NCBI GenBank assembly: GCA_002747105.1 | Contig: PDSY01000016.1 | Span: 28,473 to 92,472, forward strand | Origin: Flavobacteriales bacterium | GTDB taxonomy: Bacteria; Bacteroidota; Bacteroidia; Flavobacteriales; Weeksellaceae | Length of the DNA: 64,000 bases | Direction: 5' to 3' | In this document: positions 19,677-28,864 of the stretch, one piece after another | Layout of the letters: each line of letters starts with the position of its first letter | How positions within the stretch are numbered: the stretch's first letter is position 1 | Translations under genes and position numbers: made by a program | Notes under the pieces: model-generated | Database searches by the model: none | The model's input: only the letters and a program-made list of their open reading frames with translations | Told to the model about the DNA's origin: nothing

Positions 19677-21278
19677 ATGAAAAATAATAAGATTATACAA
19701 GCACTTGAAAAGTTAGGGATTAAAGGAGATCATGAAATCGTTTATAATCCTAATTTTGAGAAGTTGTACCAAGAGGAAATGTCGAAAGACAACAAAGGTT
19801 ATGATGAAGGCGTTTTAACAGAATCGGGAGCTGTTTCTGTAAAAACAGGAATCTTTACAGGGCGTTCGCCAAAGGATAGGTATATCGTGAAAGATGATAT
19901 CACAAAAGATACTATTAACTGGGGGAATGTAAACTTTCCGACCACTAAAGAAATTTTTACATCTTGTAAGGAATTGGTTGTTAATCAACTTTCAGGATCT
20001 AAAAAACTTTATGTGGTAGATGCGTTCTGTGGTACCAATCCAGATACAAGAATGAAAGTGAGATTTGTAATGGAAGTAGCATGGCAAGCTCATTTTGTAA
20101 CGAATATGTTTATTAGACCTTCTCATTATGAGTTGGAAAACTTTGGAGAGCCAGATTTCGTAGTAATGAATGGTTCTAAAGTAACGAATCCAAACTGGAA
20201 AGAACAAGGTTTAAATTCTGAAAACTTTGTAATGTTTGATTTGACAGAGAAAGTTCAAATTATTGGAGGTACTTGGTACGGAGGAGAAATGAAAAAAGGA
20301 ATGTTCTCTATCATGAATTATTACCTTCCATTGAAAGGAATGGCAGCGATGCACTGTTCTGCGAATGTAGGAGAAGAGGGAGATGTAGCCTTATTCTTTG
20401 GTCTTTCAGGAACAGGGAAAACAACTTTATCTGCTGATCCAAAAAGATACTTAATTGGTGATGACGAGCATGGTTGGGATGATAATGGAGTATTTAATTT
20501 TGAAGGTGGTTGTTATGCAAAAGTAATCGACCTTTCAGAAGAAAAAGAACCAGATATTTATAAAGCCATTAAAAGAGATGCTTTATTAGAAAATGTAGTG
20601 GTGGATGAAAACGGAAAAATTGATTACAAAGATAATTCTATTACCGAGAATACTAGAGTTTCTTATCCTATTTACCACATTAGCAAAATTGTATTACCAT
20701 CTAAGGCTGGACACGCTAAGAAAGTAATTTACCTTTCTGCTGATGCCTTTGGTGTATTGCCACCAGTTTCTGTATTATCAGAAGATCAAGCACAGTATCA
20801 CTTCTTATGTGGATTTACTTCTAAATTAGCAGGAACGGAAAGAGGAATTACAGAACCTCAGCCGTCTTTCTCTCCAGCGTTTGGAGAGGCATTCTTAACA
20901 TTGCACCCAACGATGTATTCTAAAACATTAATTGGTAAAATGAAAGAACACGGAGCAAAAGCTTATTTGGTGAACACAGGTTGGAATGGAACAGGAAACA
21001 GAATTTCTTTGAAAGATACCAGAGCGATTATTGATGCTATCTTAGATGGATCTATTGATGAGGCTCCAAAAACGACAGTTCCAATTATGAATTTAGAAAT
21101 ACCAACATCTTTACCAAAAGTTTCGGATGGCATTTTAGATCCAAGAGATACTTATGAGGATAAGGCTGTTTGGGAAGAAAAAGCAAAAGATTTAGCAGCG
21201 AAATACATTAAAAACTTCGAGAAGTATTGCGATACCGAAGAAGGTAAGCGATTAGTTGCTGCTGGTCCTCAGTTGTAA
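19677..21278 (+). CDS. pckA: phosphoenolpyruvate carboxykinase (ATP)
   Basis: '[10 protein letters not shown]', kinase-1a '[11 protein letters not shown]', and 'IGDDEHGW'. Confidence 0.97.
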   Translation: MKNNKIIQALEKLGIKGDHEIVYNPNFEKLYQEEMSKDNKGYDEGVLTESGAVSVKTGIFTGRSPKDRYIVKDDITKDTINWGNVNFPTTKEIFTSCKELVVNQLSGSKKLYVVDAFCGTNPDTRMKVRFVMEVAWQAHFVTNMFIRPSHYELENFGEPDFVVMNGSKVTNPNWKEQGLNSENFVMFDLTEKVQIIGGTWYGGEMKKGMFSIMNYYLPLKGMAAMHCSANVGEEGDVALFFGLSGTGKTTLSADPKRYLIGDDEHGWDDNGVFNFEGGCYAKVIDLSEEKEPDIYKAIKRDALLENVVVDENGKIDYKDNSITENTRVSYPIYHISKIVLPSKAGHAKKVIYLSADAFGVLPPVSVLSEDQAQYHFLCGFTSKLAGTERGITEPQPSFSPAFGEAFLTLHPTMYSKTLIGKMKEHGAKAYLVNTGWNGTGNRISLKDTRAIIDAILDGSIDEAPKTTVPIMNLEIPTSLPKVSDGILDPRDTYEDKAVWEEKAKDLAAKYIKNFEKYCDTEEGKRLVAAGPQL

Positions 21279-21303
21279 TATTTACTACTGAAATATCAAT
21301 AAA

Positions 21304-21335
21304 AAGCCATCTGTTTTGCAGGTGGCTTTTGTTTT
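21304..21335 (+). terminator. rho-independent terminator of pckA
   Basis: Stem 'aagccatctg'/'caggtggctt' followed by a T-run. Confidence 0.75.
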
Positions 21336-21391
21336 TCAATATATAGAGGTAAACCTAATGAAGCCTCTTTACTTTTAAACCTCGAGCGATA

Positions 21392-21416
21392 CACTCCTCT
21401 TTTTAGAGGGGAATTT
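21392..21416. repeat. second copy (inverted) of the G/C-run hairpin module
   Basis: The reverse complement 'aaattcccctctaaaaagaggagtg' matches 10274..10297 with 20 consecutive identities. Confidence 0.8.
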
Positions 21417-21443
21417 CCTACGACTTTTATTGTTCTACTAAGT

Positions 21444-21488
21444 ATCTTAAATGTTTTGATAATTTGATATTTTTAAGAGATAATGTCC
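21444..21488 (-). pseudogene. remnant of a T9SS C-terminal-domain coding end
   Basis: 45 nt identical to 22165..22186 plus 22198..22220, the last codons of the 22152..23984 gene. An 11-nt deletion breaks the frame. Confidence 0.5.
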
Positions 21489-21514
21489 CTTATTAAAGGT
21501 GTTGATATAGTAGT

Positions 21515-21805
21515 TTACTTTTGTAATTTATTAGGGTTTTGTCTACAATCAAAAACACGAACAATAATAATGCGTTCTTTTTCAACTCTATATATCATCT
21601 TATAACTCCATTTTATCGCAAAACGAGTGTTATCTTGATTATAATATGGTTCTTTTGGAAATTTAAAAGGGAAATCAACCAATGATTCAGCCAATGCTAA
21701 AATTTCGTTGAGCATATTTTCAGCATTTTGAGGGCTTTTGATATAAATATAATCATAAATACCTTGTAGTTCCTCTAACGCCTTATCCCTCCACTCTATT
21801 CTCAT
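21515..21805 (-). CDS. type II toxin-antitoxin system RelE/ParE family toxin
   Basis: 96 aa. 'WRDKALEEL...IYDYI' at the N-terminus and 'YRVEKERIIIVRVFDCRQNP' at the C-terminus are typical of ParE/RelE. Its start is coupled (TAATG) to the upstream small ORF. Confidence 0.8.
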   Translation of the reverse strand: MRIEWRDKALEELQGIYDYIYIKSPQNAENMLNEILALAESLVDFPFKFPKEPYYNQDNTRFAIKWSYKMIYRVEKERIIIVRVFDCRQNPNKLQK

Positions 21806-22053
21806 TATTTATGATTCAAAATTTTTGCTCTTACTTCTTGTGTAGTATAAGTTTTTAATGTCCCTGCTTCTATTTTCCGTTCCACCTCCTGCATATCCTT
21901 GATAAAATCAGATTTTGTGATAGGTGTTCCATTAGCACTATACCCTACAATAGCCTCCTTATTAAGCAAGTTATTAATCTTTTCTAATAAATTAATATCA
22001 GATAAATTTAAAACTTGTTGAGCAATATCTATTTTTAAAGCATCTGTATTCAT
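21805..22053 (-). CDS. putative antitoxin (addiction module component)
   Basis: 82-aa ORF immediately upstream of the toxin, sharing 1 nt with its start codon. Called from genetic context and size. Confidence 0.55.
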   Translation of the reverse strand: MNTDALKIDIAQQVLNLSDINLLEKINNLLNKEAIVGYSANGTPITKSDFIKDMQEVERKIEAGTLKTYTTQEVRAKILNHK

Positions 22054-22151
22054 ACGGCTAATTTACTACTTTTTTTTGATAAAGGTCAATTTGTTTTACC
22101 AACCCTTTTTTTTCTTTTCGTGTAATGTAATGACTTTCTCCCATTTTTTTA

Positions 22152-23984
22152 TTAGTTCACCAACATCTTAAATGTTTTGATAATTTCGTTCTCTTGTGAT
22201 ATTTTTAAGAGATAATGTCCTTGGGTAAGGAGGTTTTGCAAATGAAAACGATGTATCGGTTGTTTTGGTAAAGACTCACTAAATACCAATCTCCCTGAGG
22301 TGTCATAAATCTGCATTTGTGACTTTCTTTTCTGTAGAACGCTACCTTTAATACTGAAGTTACCGTTATTAGGATTGTTGTATAAAACTAAATCTTTCAA
22401 TGCGTCGGTCTCTGTTGTGCTTAGACCTTCTTTATCAAAGCGCATAATATAAAAGGCTCTATCTGTATTGTTGAACTCGGGGAAGACTTGAGTTTGCACA
22501 GCTCCCGCCGATGCAATATTATCTACATTTTCCGACTTTCCGATAAGGTAAAAGGTGTTTTCGTTAATCGCTTTGATTTCTGTAAAATTTTTTGTTGCAC
22601 CTGGTGGGGTAGATATTTTCCCAATATAAGAACACCATTTGAGTTGTCCATTATCGCCATTGAGTTCTGCAAAAAAGTCTTTGTAATATCCTCCTGGTAT
22701 TTCTTCTTGGTAAGCCCCTAAGGTAGAGATATTATCATTGCTATTGGTGTGTCCTGAGATGAAAATTTTATTGCCCACCACAGAATTTCCATCTATCCAT
22801 TCACCAACTGGTGTGCCAAGATAGGTTCCCCAAATTCTCTGCCCACGGTCATTGAATTTAGCTATAATGATGTCAGCGGCATCACCAATGGGTTTGTGGG
22901 TGTTGGGTGTTCCAAAATAAGTACTACTTTGTGATGTATAAATGTTTCCGAATACATAGATTCCTGTTTCATTAACATTCATTTTATGTGTTATGCCTCC
23001 TATTCCTGTGGTTTCTGTTGTTCCATAATAAGTTCCCCAAATTCTTTCCCCTGTATTGGCATTGAGTTTCATAATGCCAGAAACAGCCACTTCTTGTTGA
23101 AAAGTTTTGGATGTAGCTAAAGGAATAGGACTATTGTCTAATTCTTTTCCGTGTAAGATGTACACTCCATTATCATAATATCCAATATCGAAGCCGTACT
23201 CTGTTGGGATATAGGTTCCCCAAACCAATTGCCCTTGTGGGTTAAGTTTTACCACAAAAAGGTTTTTATTATTATCGCAAGGCGTAAAGTTTTCTTGAAA
23301 AGCACCTGAGGTGCTAATGCCATTTTGAACGCTCGTTACACTTGCAAGATAAATATTACCCTCCTCATCAAAGCAAGATTTGATGTTGTGGATATATCTT
23401 ATTTGGTTTAATGAGAAGTTGTTGGCTATGTTTTTAGGTAAGAAAGTTCTCCAAAGGATTTCATTATTGGCGTTTTTCTTAATAAGCGAAATATTTATTT
23501 TGTTGTTTTCTTGTAAAGGGGAAGTGGCGAACCAAGTATTAGGAGTACCAATTACATTATTATTACAATCTAAATAATACCGATTGCCTTGCTGGTCTAT
23601 TCTAAATAAAAAAGAAGTGGTGTCGGATGGGGTGTAAAGGGATTTTTCTACTTCTCCTGTAGTATTAAATACAACTTGCATTTCGTATTTTTCTTCATCT
23701 GCATCAAAGAGGTCTCCCTCTGTGATAAATTGGTTATAATAGGACGTGCTAAAATTGGCATAAGTATTATTTAAAAGGTTTTTACCCATAAAGTGAGTGT
23801 AGATATTATCTCCGTGGATTAGGAGAGTAGAATTGTAGTTTGCAAAATAGCCTTCTCCTCCTCCATTGGCAATCGACAAATTAGGTCCATAATAGGTTCC
23901 CCAAGTTCGGGTATAGTCAAAACTGCTTTGCCCCCATAAGAGAGCAAAGCAGTTAATCAATAGTATTAATAGTGATTTTTTCAT
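22152..23984 (-). CDS. T9SS type A sorting domain-containing secreted protein with beta-propeller-like repeats
   Basis: Signal peptide, at least five 'WGTY(Y/I/L)G' repeats, and a C-terminal ~80 aa 'NNPNNGNFSI...QIYDTSGRLV...GHYLLKI' matching the Por/T9SS CTD pattern. Confidence 0.85.
   Translation of the reverse strand: MKKSLLILLINCFALLWGQSSFDYTRTWGTYYGPNLSIANGGGEGYFANYNSTLLIHGDNIYTHFMGKNLLNNTYANFSTSYYNQFITEGDLFDADEEKYEMQVVFNTTGEVEKSLYTPSDTTSFLFRIDQQGNRYYLDCNNNVIGTPNTWFATSPLQENNKINISLIKKNANNEILWRTFLPKNIANNFSLNQIRYIHNIKSCFDEEGNIYLASVTSVQNGISTSGAFQENFTPCDNNKNLFVVKLNPQGQLVWGTYIPTEYGFDIGYYDNGVYILHGKELDNSPIPLATSKTFQQEVAVSGIMKLNANTGERIWGTYYGTTETTGIGGITHKMNVNETGIYVFGNIYTSQSSTYFGTPNTHKPIGDAADIIIAKFNDRGQRIWGTYLGTPVGEWIDGNSVVGNKIFISGHTNSNDNISTLGAYQEEIPGGYYKDFFAELNGDNGQLKWCSYIGKISTPPGATKNFTEIKAINENTFYLIGKSENVDNIASAGAVQTQVFPEFNNTDRAFYIMRFDKEGLSTTETDALKDLVLYNNPNNGNFSIKGSVLQKRKSQMQIYDTSGRLVFSESLPKQPIHRFHLQNLLTQGHYLLKISQENEIIKTFKMLVN
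22165..22220. repeat. direct repeat partner (intact 3' end of the T9SS gene)
   Basis: Matches 21444..21488 apart from an 11-nt indel. Confidence 0.85.
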
Positions 23985-24201
23985 AGTGTTTTATTTTGCG
24001 ATACATCCACGAATTTAGATAAAAAAATGGTAATCACAAAATTTTAAACCTATTATTTTGTTGATTATAAATAGTTAAGGCTGTTTTGAGTTTTAAATAT
24101 TCAATGCTAAATTGTATTGGTTTAACTTGTGAAATACATAATAAATACAGTAAAATTTTAATTTTTAAATAGCAAGTTTAGGATGATTAATATTATGCCT
24201 G

Positions 24202-24281
24202 TAACCTCATAACTCCGTAACTCCATCACCTTTTCAACGCCTCAAATCATTTATCATTCAGTCATTCAATCATTGTACATT
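24202..24281. repeat. octamer-phased cryptic repeat array
   Basis: Ten consecutive 8-nt units all starting with T: taacctca, taactccg, taactcca, tcaccttt, tcaacgcc, tcaaatca, tttatcat, tcagtcat, tcaatcat, tgtacatt. Confidence 0.7.
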
Positions 24282-25041
24282 AGCTGTTCTGCCTTAACAT
24301 CTCATAGCAACTAATTGCTACGGCATTACTAAGGTTAAGAGAATCTATTTTTCCACACATTGGGATAAGGGTGTTTTGTCCTTTATCTCGCCAAAAATCA
24401 CTTAGCCCAGAATGTTCTGTTCCAAAGACAATTGCCGTTTTTTTAGGCAGTTGAATTTCATTCATCATGATAGCATCTTCAGACATGATGGTAGTATAAA
24501 TACTAATATGATTTTGAATTAAAAAGTCAGCAATCGCTGTATTTGTCCCTGAAAAAACATTCATTCCAAAAAAACAACCTACACTTGAGCGAATCACATT
24601 GGGATTGTAGATGTCAATCTTGGCATCGGCAATTAAAATGGCATCTATTCCAAACGCCTCGCAACTCCTTAGAATCGCTCCTAAATTACCAGGTTTTTCG
24701 ACGCTTTCTAAAACAATAATTTTACAATTTTCATTCACTTTAAAATCTTCTAAGCGATTGTCACGAATTTCATACACTCCGATTATTCCCTCCGAAGAAC
24801 CACGATAAGCAATTTTAGCATAAACCTCTTTTGAAACCAAATTAACTTTCGTTTGGGGCAAGGCTTGACCGAAAATATCCTCACAGACATAAAATTCCAC
24901 AGGCTGATGCTCGAAGGCTAAAGCCAATTCGTTTTCCTGCTGACCTTCCACCAAAAAAACACCTTCTCTCTTTCGGAAAGCATTTTTGTTAGTGAGTTTT
25001 TGTAAGTATTTTATTTTATCGTTTTTGGTGCTTGTGATCAT
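24280..25041 (-). CDS. TrmH/SpoU family RNA methyltransferase
   Basis: 'LESVEKPGNLGAILRS', 'FGTEHSGLS' and 'SLNLSNAVAI' SpoU motifs. Confidence 0.9.
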   Translation of the reverse strand: MITSTKNDKIKYLQKLTNKNAFRKREGVFLVEGQQENELALAFEHQPVEFYVCEDIFGQALPQTKVNLVSKEVYAKIAYRGSSEGIIGVYEIRDNRLEDFKVNENCKIIVLESVEKPGNLGAILRSCEAFGIDAILIADAKIDIYNPNVIRSSVGCFFGMNVFSGTNTAIADFLIQNHISIYTTIMSEDAIMMNEIQLPKKTAIVFGTEHSGLSDFWRDKGQNTLIPMCGKIDSLNLSNAVAISCYEMLRQNS

Positions 25042-25044
25042 AAG

Positions 25045-25156
25045 ATTGAAAAATTAAAAAATTAAAAGATTGAAAAATGAAGAGATTAAGAAATTACCTA
25101 ATTACCTAATTACCTAATTACCTAATTACCTCATTCCCCAATTCCCTCATCATCTT
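25045..25156. repeat. octamer-phased cryptic repeat array including 5 x ATTACCTA
   Basis: Fourteen consecutive 8-nt units beginning AT(T): attgaaaa, attaaaaa, attaaaag, attgaaaa, atgaagag, attaagaa, attaccta x4, attacctc, attcccca, attccctc, atcatctt. Confidence 0.8.
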
Positions 25157-26666
25157 GACTCTTAGCTCTCGGCTCTTGATATTCCGATTGGCTCTCTAAT
25201 AATTTTTGCGATAATTCTTTTTTACTTTTAATGCCTAATTTTTTGAGTTTTTGGGTCTGAGTAACCAAATTATCTCTTCCTGTATAGAGTTGTTTGTAGG
25301 CGTTATCATAGTTGTTTTTGGCTTTTTCGATGTCCTTTCCTACTTTTTCTAAATTTTCCACAAAACCTACGAACTTATCATAGAGTTTCGCTCCTCTTTC
25401 TGCGATTTCCATTGTATTTTTATTTTGGTAATCTCTCTTCCAAAGGTCAGCGATGAGCTTTAGGGAAGTAATGAGGTTGGTAGGGTTTAATAATAAAATT
25501 CTTCTTTCGTAAGCAAAAGACCAAAGATTAGGGTCAGCTTGCATTCCCGCAATATAGGCAGGCTCACTTGGAATGAACATAATCACGAAATCCAAGGTTT
25601 TCCCATAATCGTCATAGGCTTTGTGCGAAAGTTGCGTAATATGATTTTTAATCGATTGTAAATGTTGGTTGATTTTAATTTGATAAACATCAGGGTCGGT
25701 TTCATCAACAAGTTCGGTAAATGCCGTTAAAGAAACTTTGGAGTCAATGATAACATCTCTTTGGTCAGGGTATTTTACGACCGCATCAGGACGCATTTTC
25801 TTTCCTGAAAACTGAGAATGTAAGGCTTTGTTGTTTTCATCGGTAAGCTGATGCTCCAAGAAATATTCTCGCCCTTTGGTAAGCCCTGATTTCTCCAAAA
25901 TATTCTCCAAAATCATTTCGCCCCAATTTCCTTGCGTTTTGCTCTCTCCCTTCAAGGCACGAGTGAGTTTTTTGGCATCGTCGGAGATTTGTTGATTGAG
26001 GTCGGCGAGTTCTTTTACTTTTTCGGCTAAGGAAAATCGTTCTTTATTTTCCTTTTCGTAGGCATCGTTTACTCGGTTTTTAAGCTCGGTGATTTTCTCC
26101 TGAAAAGGTTCAAGGATTCCTTTAAGTTTGGTTTCGTTCAGCGAGGTGAATTTCTCTGTTTTTTCTTCTAAAATCTGTTGGGCTAAATTTTTAAACTCTT
26201 CTTTGGCAAGTTGCTGAATTTTCTTTGTCTCTTCTTTTTGAGCCTGAATAAGCGCTTGTAGGCTTTCGTTTTGAGCTGATAACTGAGCGTTTTTGTTGGA
26301 AAAATGTTCTTTTTCGGATTGTATTTTTTTTATTTCTTGACTTTGCTGAGCGTTCAGTTCCTTTTGAGCCTGAATGGCTTGGTTCTGAGTTGTATTTTCG
26401 GTGGAAATTTTAGTGATTTCTTGTTTCAGATGGGCTAAGGTTTCGTTTTGTGTATGATTGATTTGTTTTTCATTTTCAAGGGCGTGGCTGAGTTCTCCAA
26501 TCTTTTGTTCTGCATTTTCCAAATCCGAATGAGAGCGAATAAAATTTTGGTTCAGTTCGTCATATTTTTTTCGAGCAACCGCATTGGATTTAGACCAAAA
26601 ATACATTAGAACAATACCAATAATTGCGCCTATTATAATGCCGATAATTAAAGTGTAATTTTCCAT
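25131..26666 (-). CDS. rmuC: DNA recombination protein RmuC
   Basis: N-terminal TM helix, a long coiled coil, then the RmuC nuclease-like core 'RPDAVVKYPDQRDVIIDSK...FIPSE'. Confidence 0.9.
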   Translation of the reverse strand: MENYTLIIGIIIGAIIGIVLMYFWSKSNAVARKKYDELNQNFIRSHSDLENAEQKIGELSHALENEKQINHTQNETLAHLKQEITKISTENTTQNQAIQAQKELNAQQSQEIKKIQSEKEHFSNKNAQLSAQNESLQALIQAQKEETKKIQQLAKEEFKNLAQQILEEKTEKFTSLNETKLKGILEPFQEKITELKNRVNDAYEKENKERFSLAEKVKELADLNQQISDDAKKLTRALKGESKTQGNWGEMILENILEKSGLTKGREYFLEHQLTDENNKALHSQFSGKKMRPDAVVKYPDQRDVIIDSKVSLTAFTELVDETDPDVYQIKINQHLQSIKNHITQLSHKAYDDYGKTLDFVIMFIPSEPAYIAGMQADPNLWSFAYERRILLLNPTNLITSLKLIADLWKRDYQNKNTMEIAERGAKLYDKFVGFVENLEKVGKDIEKAKNNYDNAYKQLYTGRDNLVTQTQKLKKLGIKSKKELSQKLLESQSEYQEPRAKSQDDEGIGE

Positions 26667-26741
26667 TTGTCAAAAATAATATATTTTTTTGGTAAAAAAT
26701 ACTGTTTTTTTCTTTATATTGGACTTTTTAAAACAAAGAAA

Positions 26742-27608
26742 ATGAAAATACATACTTTACAATGTGGGAAATTTAAGTTGGATGGAGGAGCGATGTTTGG
26801 AGTTGTCCCAAAATCACTTTGGCAAAGAACCAACCCTGCGGATGAGAAAAATTTGATAGATTTAGGAATGAGGTCTATGCTGATAGAAGATGGCAACAAA
26901 TTAATATTAATCGATTGTGGTCTTGGAGATAAACAAAGTGAAAAGTTTTTTGGTCATTATTCTCTTTGGGGAGACGATTCTTTGGATGGCAATTTGAAGA
27001 AGTTAGGTTTTTCAAAGGATGATATTACCGATGTTTTTTTAACGCATTTGCATTTTGACCATTGTGGTGGTGCTGTGGAATGGAATGAGGATAAATCAGG
27101 ATATAGGACGGCTTTTAAAAACGCTCAGTTTTGGACAAATAAAAACCATTGGCAATGGGCAACAGAACCTAATCCACGAGAAAAGGCGAGTTTTTTGTCC
27201 GAAAATATCCTACCGATTGAGCAAAGCGGACAACTGAATTATATTCCACTTCCCGAAAATGGCAATCAAAGCCGTTTTGCACCCTTGAATATGGATATTA
27301 TTTTTGTAGATGGTCATACCGAAAAACAAATGCTTCCTATTATTGAATACAAGGGAAAGAAAATCGTTTTTGCAGCAGATTTAATTCCAACGGTAGGGCA
27401 TATTCCTTTGGTTTATGTGATGGGTTATGATACTCGACCTTTACTGACGATGAGCGAAAAAGACGCTTTTTTAAAAGAATGTATAGAGCAAGAGTATTTG
27501 TTGTTCTTTGAACACGATGCTTATAATGAATTAGCCAGTTTGAAAATGACCGAAAAAGGGGTAAGGCTAGATGAAACCTTTGCTTTTAGAGAGGTTTTTG
27601 AATACTAA
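26742..27608 (+). CDS. MBL fold metallo-hydrolase
   Basis: 'HLHFDHCGG' metal-binding motif. Start set at ATG 26742 (MKIHTLQCG). Confidence 0.85.
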   Translation: MKIHTLQCGKFKLDGGAMFGVVPKSLWQRTNPADEKNLIDLGMRSMLIEDGNKLILIDCGLGDKQSEKFFGHYSLWGDDSLDGNLKKLGFSKDDITDVFLTHLHFDHCGGAVEWNEDKSGYRTAFKNAQFWTNKNHWQWATEPNPREKASFLSENILPIEQSGQLNYIPLPENGNQSRFAPLNMDIIFVDGHTEKQMLPIIEYKGKKIVFAADLIPTVGHIPLVYVMGYDTRPLLTMSEKDAFLKECIEQEYLLFFEHDAYNELASLKMTEKGVRLDETFAFREVFEY

Positions 27609-27638
27609 AAGCAATATTTTCAAATGATTAAAAAAGTT

Positions 27639-27646
27639 TATATTTG
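27639..27646 (+). promoter_or_regulatory. Bacteroidota-type -7 box (TAnnTTTG)
   Basis: 'tatatttg' lies upstream of coaE. Confidence 0.45.
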
Positions 27647-27667
27647 TATTAATAATTGAAAACGCTA

Positions 27668-28291
27668 ATGTTAAAAGAAGAAGGATTACAAAACACCGAA
27701 CCTGAACCCGAACCGAAAATCATCGGACTGACGGGTGGAATTGGCTCAGGAAAAACAACCGTAGCAAAGTTCATTAAAGAATTGGGTTTTGCGGTTTATA
27801 ACTCAGATGTGAGAGCGAAAAATATCGTGAATGATAATCCCATTTTAAAGGCTAAAATCATTCAGCTTTTAGGAGAAGAGGCTTATCAAGGTGGAGTTTA
27901 TAATACGAAATTTGTCGCTGAGAAGGTTTTTGAAAACGATGAACTACTTCAACAACTCAACCAAATTATTCATCCTGCGGTAAAACAAGATTTTGAAAAT
28001 TGGGTAAGCCAGCAAAGTGGGAAGTTCGTGTTTAAAGAAACAGCACTTTTATTTGAACTCAAATTACATGAACAGTGTTATCAATCTATTTTGGTGACGG
28101 CTAATGATAAAATGAGGATAAAACGAGTGATGGATAGGGACGATAAAACCTACCGTGAAGTTGAAATGATCGTCAATGCACAAATGCCTGAAAAGGATAA
28201 AATGAACTTAGCCGATTTTGTTATTGAAAACAATGCTGATGTAGAGGCATTAAAATTAGCGACTCAAGAACTGATGAAAAAATTCATTTAA
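27668..28291 (+). CDS. coaE: dephospho-CoA kinase
   Basis: 'IIGLTGGIGSGKTT' P-loop. There is an unusual 19-aa N-terminal extension containing 'EPEPEP'. Confidence 0.9.
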   Translation: MLKEEGLQNTEPEPEPKIIGLTGGIGSGKTTVAKFIKELGFAVYNSDVRAKNIVNDNPILKAKIIQLLGEEAYQGGVYNTKFVAEKVFENDELLQQLNQIIHPAVKQDFENWVSQQSGKFVFKETALLFELKLHEQCYQSILVTANDKMRIKRVMDRDDKTYREVEMIVNAQMPEKDKMNLADFVIENNADVEALKLATQELMKKFI

Positions 28292-28363
28292 AATAAAAAC
28301 AGGGTGAAATTATACTTTAACATATTTTAACGAAGTATGATTTTGCCCTGAAAATAAAAAGTG

Positions 28364-28371
28364 TATATTTG
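28364..28371 (+). promoter_or_regulatory. Bacteroidota-type -7 box (TAnnTTTG)
   Basis: 'tatatttg' lies 8 nt upstream of the ATG at 28379. Confidence 0.45.
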
Positions 28372-28378
28372 TGGAATA

Positions 28379-28711
28379 ATGAAATTGATGATTAATATAT
28401 TGCTAATGATAGCTACCATTTTCAGCACACACCTGAATATTCAGGCTTCTACTTGCGTCAATACCTTGAAAGCGAGTAATGAAGTTTGTCAGATGGATTG
28501 TTGTAATGGTAAGCAGAAGCCTTGTTGCGATTTTGAAACTTGCAACACGAGTGTTAATATCAATTATATTGTTTCTGATGTCATTCATGTTGATGACACA
28601 AGAATAAAACTCGAACGAAATAAAATTATTTTTGAAAAAACAGAGCATCGATATGCTATTTATGCTCAACATTTTCGACCTCCTAGAAACACGGCTATTA
28701 TTTTACTATAA
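28379..28711 (+). CDS. Cys-rich membrane-anchored hypothetical protein
   Basis: The ATG lies 8 nt after a TAnnTTTG box. N-terminal TM helix, a 'CQMDCCNGKQKPCCDFETC' cluster, and a C-terminal 'RPP' motif. It loosely resembles the HYC_CC_PP family recalled from Bacteroidota annotations. Confidence 0.45.
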   Translation: MKLMINILLMIATIFSTHLNIQASTCVNTLKASNEVCQMDCCNGKQKPCCDFETCNTSVNINYIVSDVIHVDDTRIKLERNKIIFEKTEHRYAIYAQHFRPPRNTAIILL

Positions 28712-28864
28712 GTAATATAATATCGTGATTTGTATTGTTTATAGTGAATACGGAAAAACAACATGAAACTCAATTCTTGAGATTTACAAATTTAGTGGAA
28801 CTTATTTTATCTTTTTAAGAGAAGAGATAGGTTCTTAATTCACAATTTTAAACAATTAATAAAA

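Noticed and set aside
25093-25132. CRISPR array (ATTACCTA repeats)
   Set aside because: The units are 8 nt and directly abut each other with no spacers. No cas genes are present. It is a microsatellite-like array.
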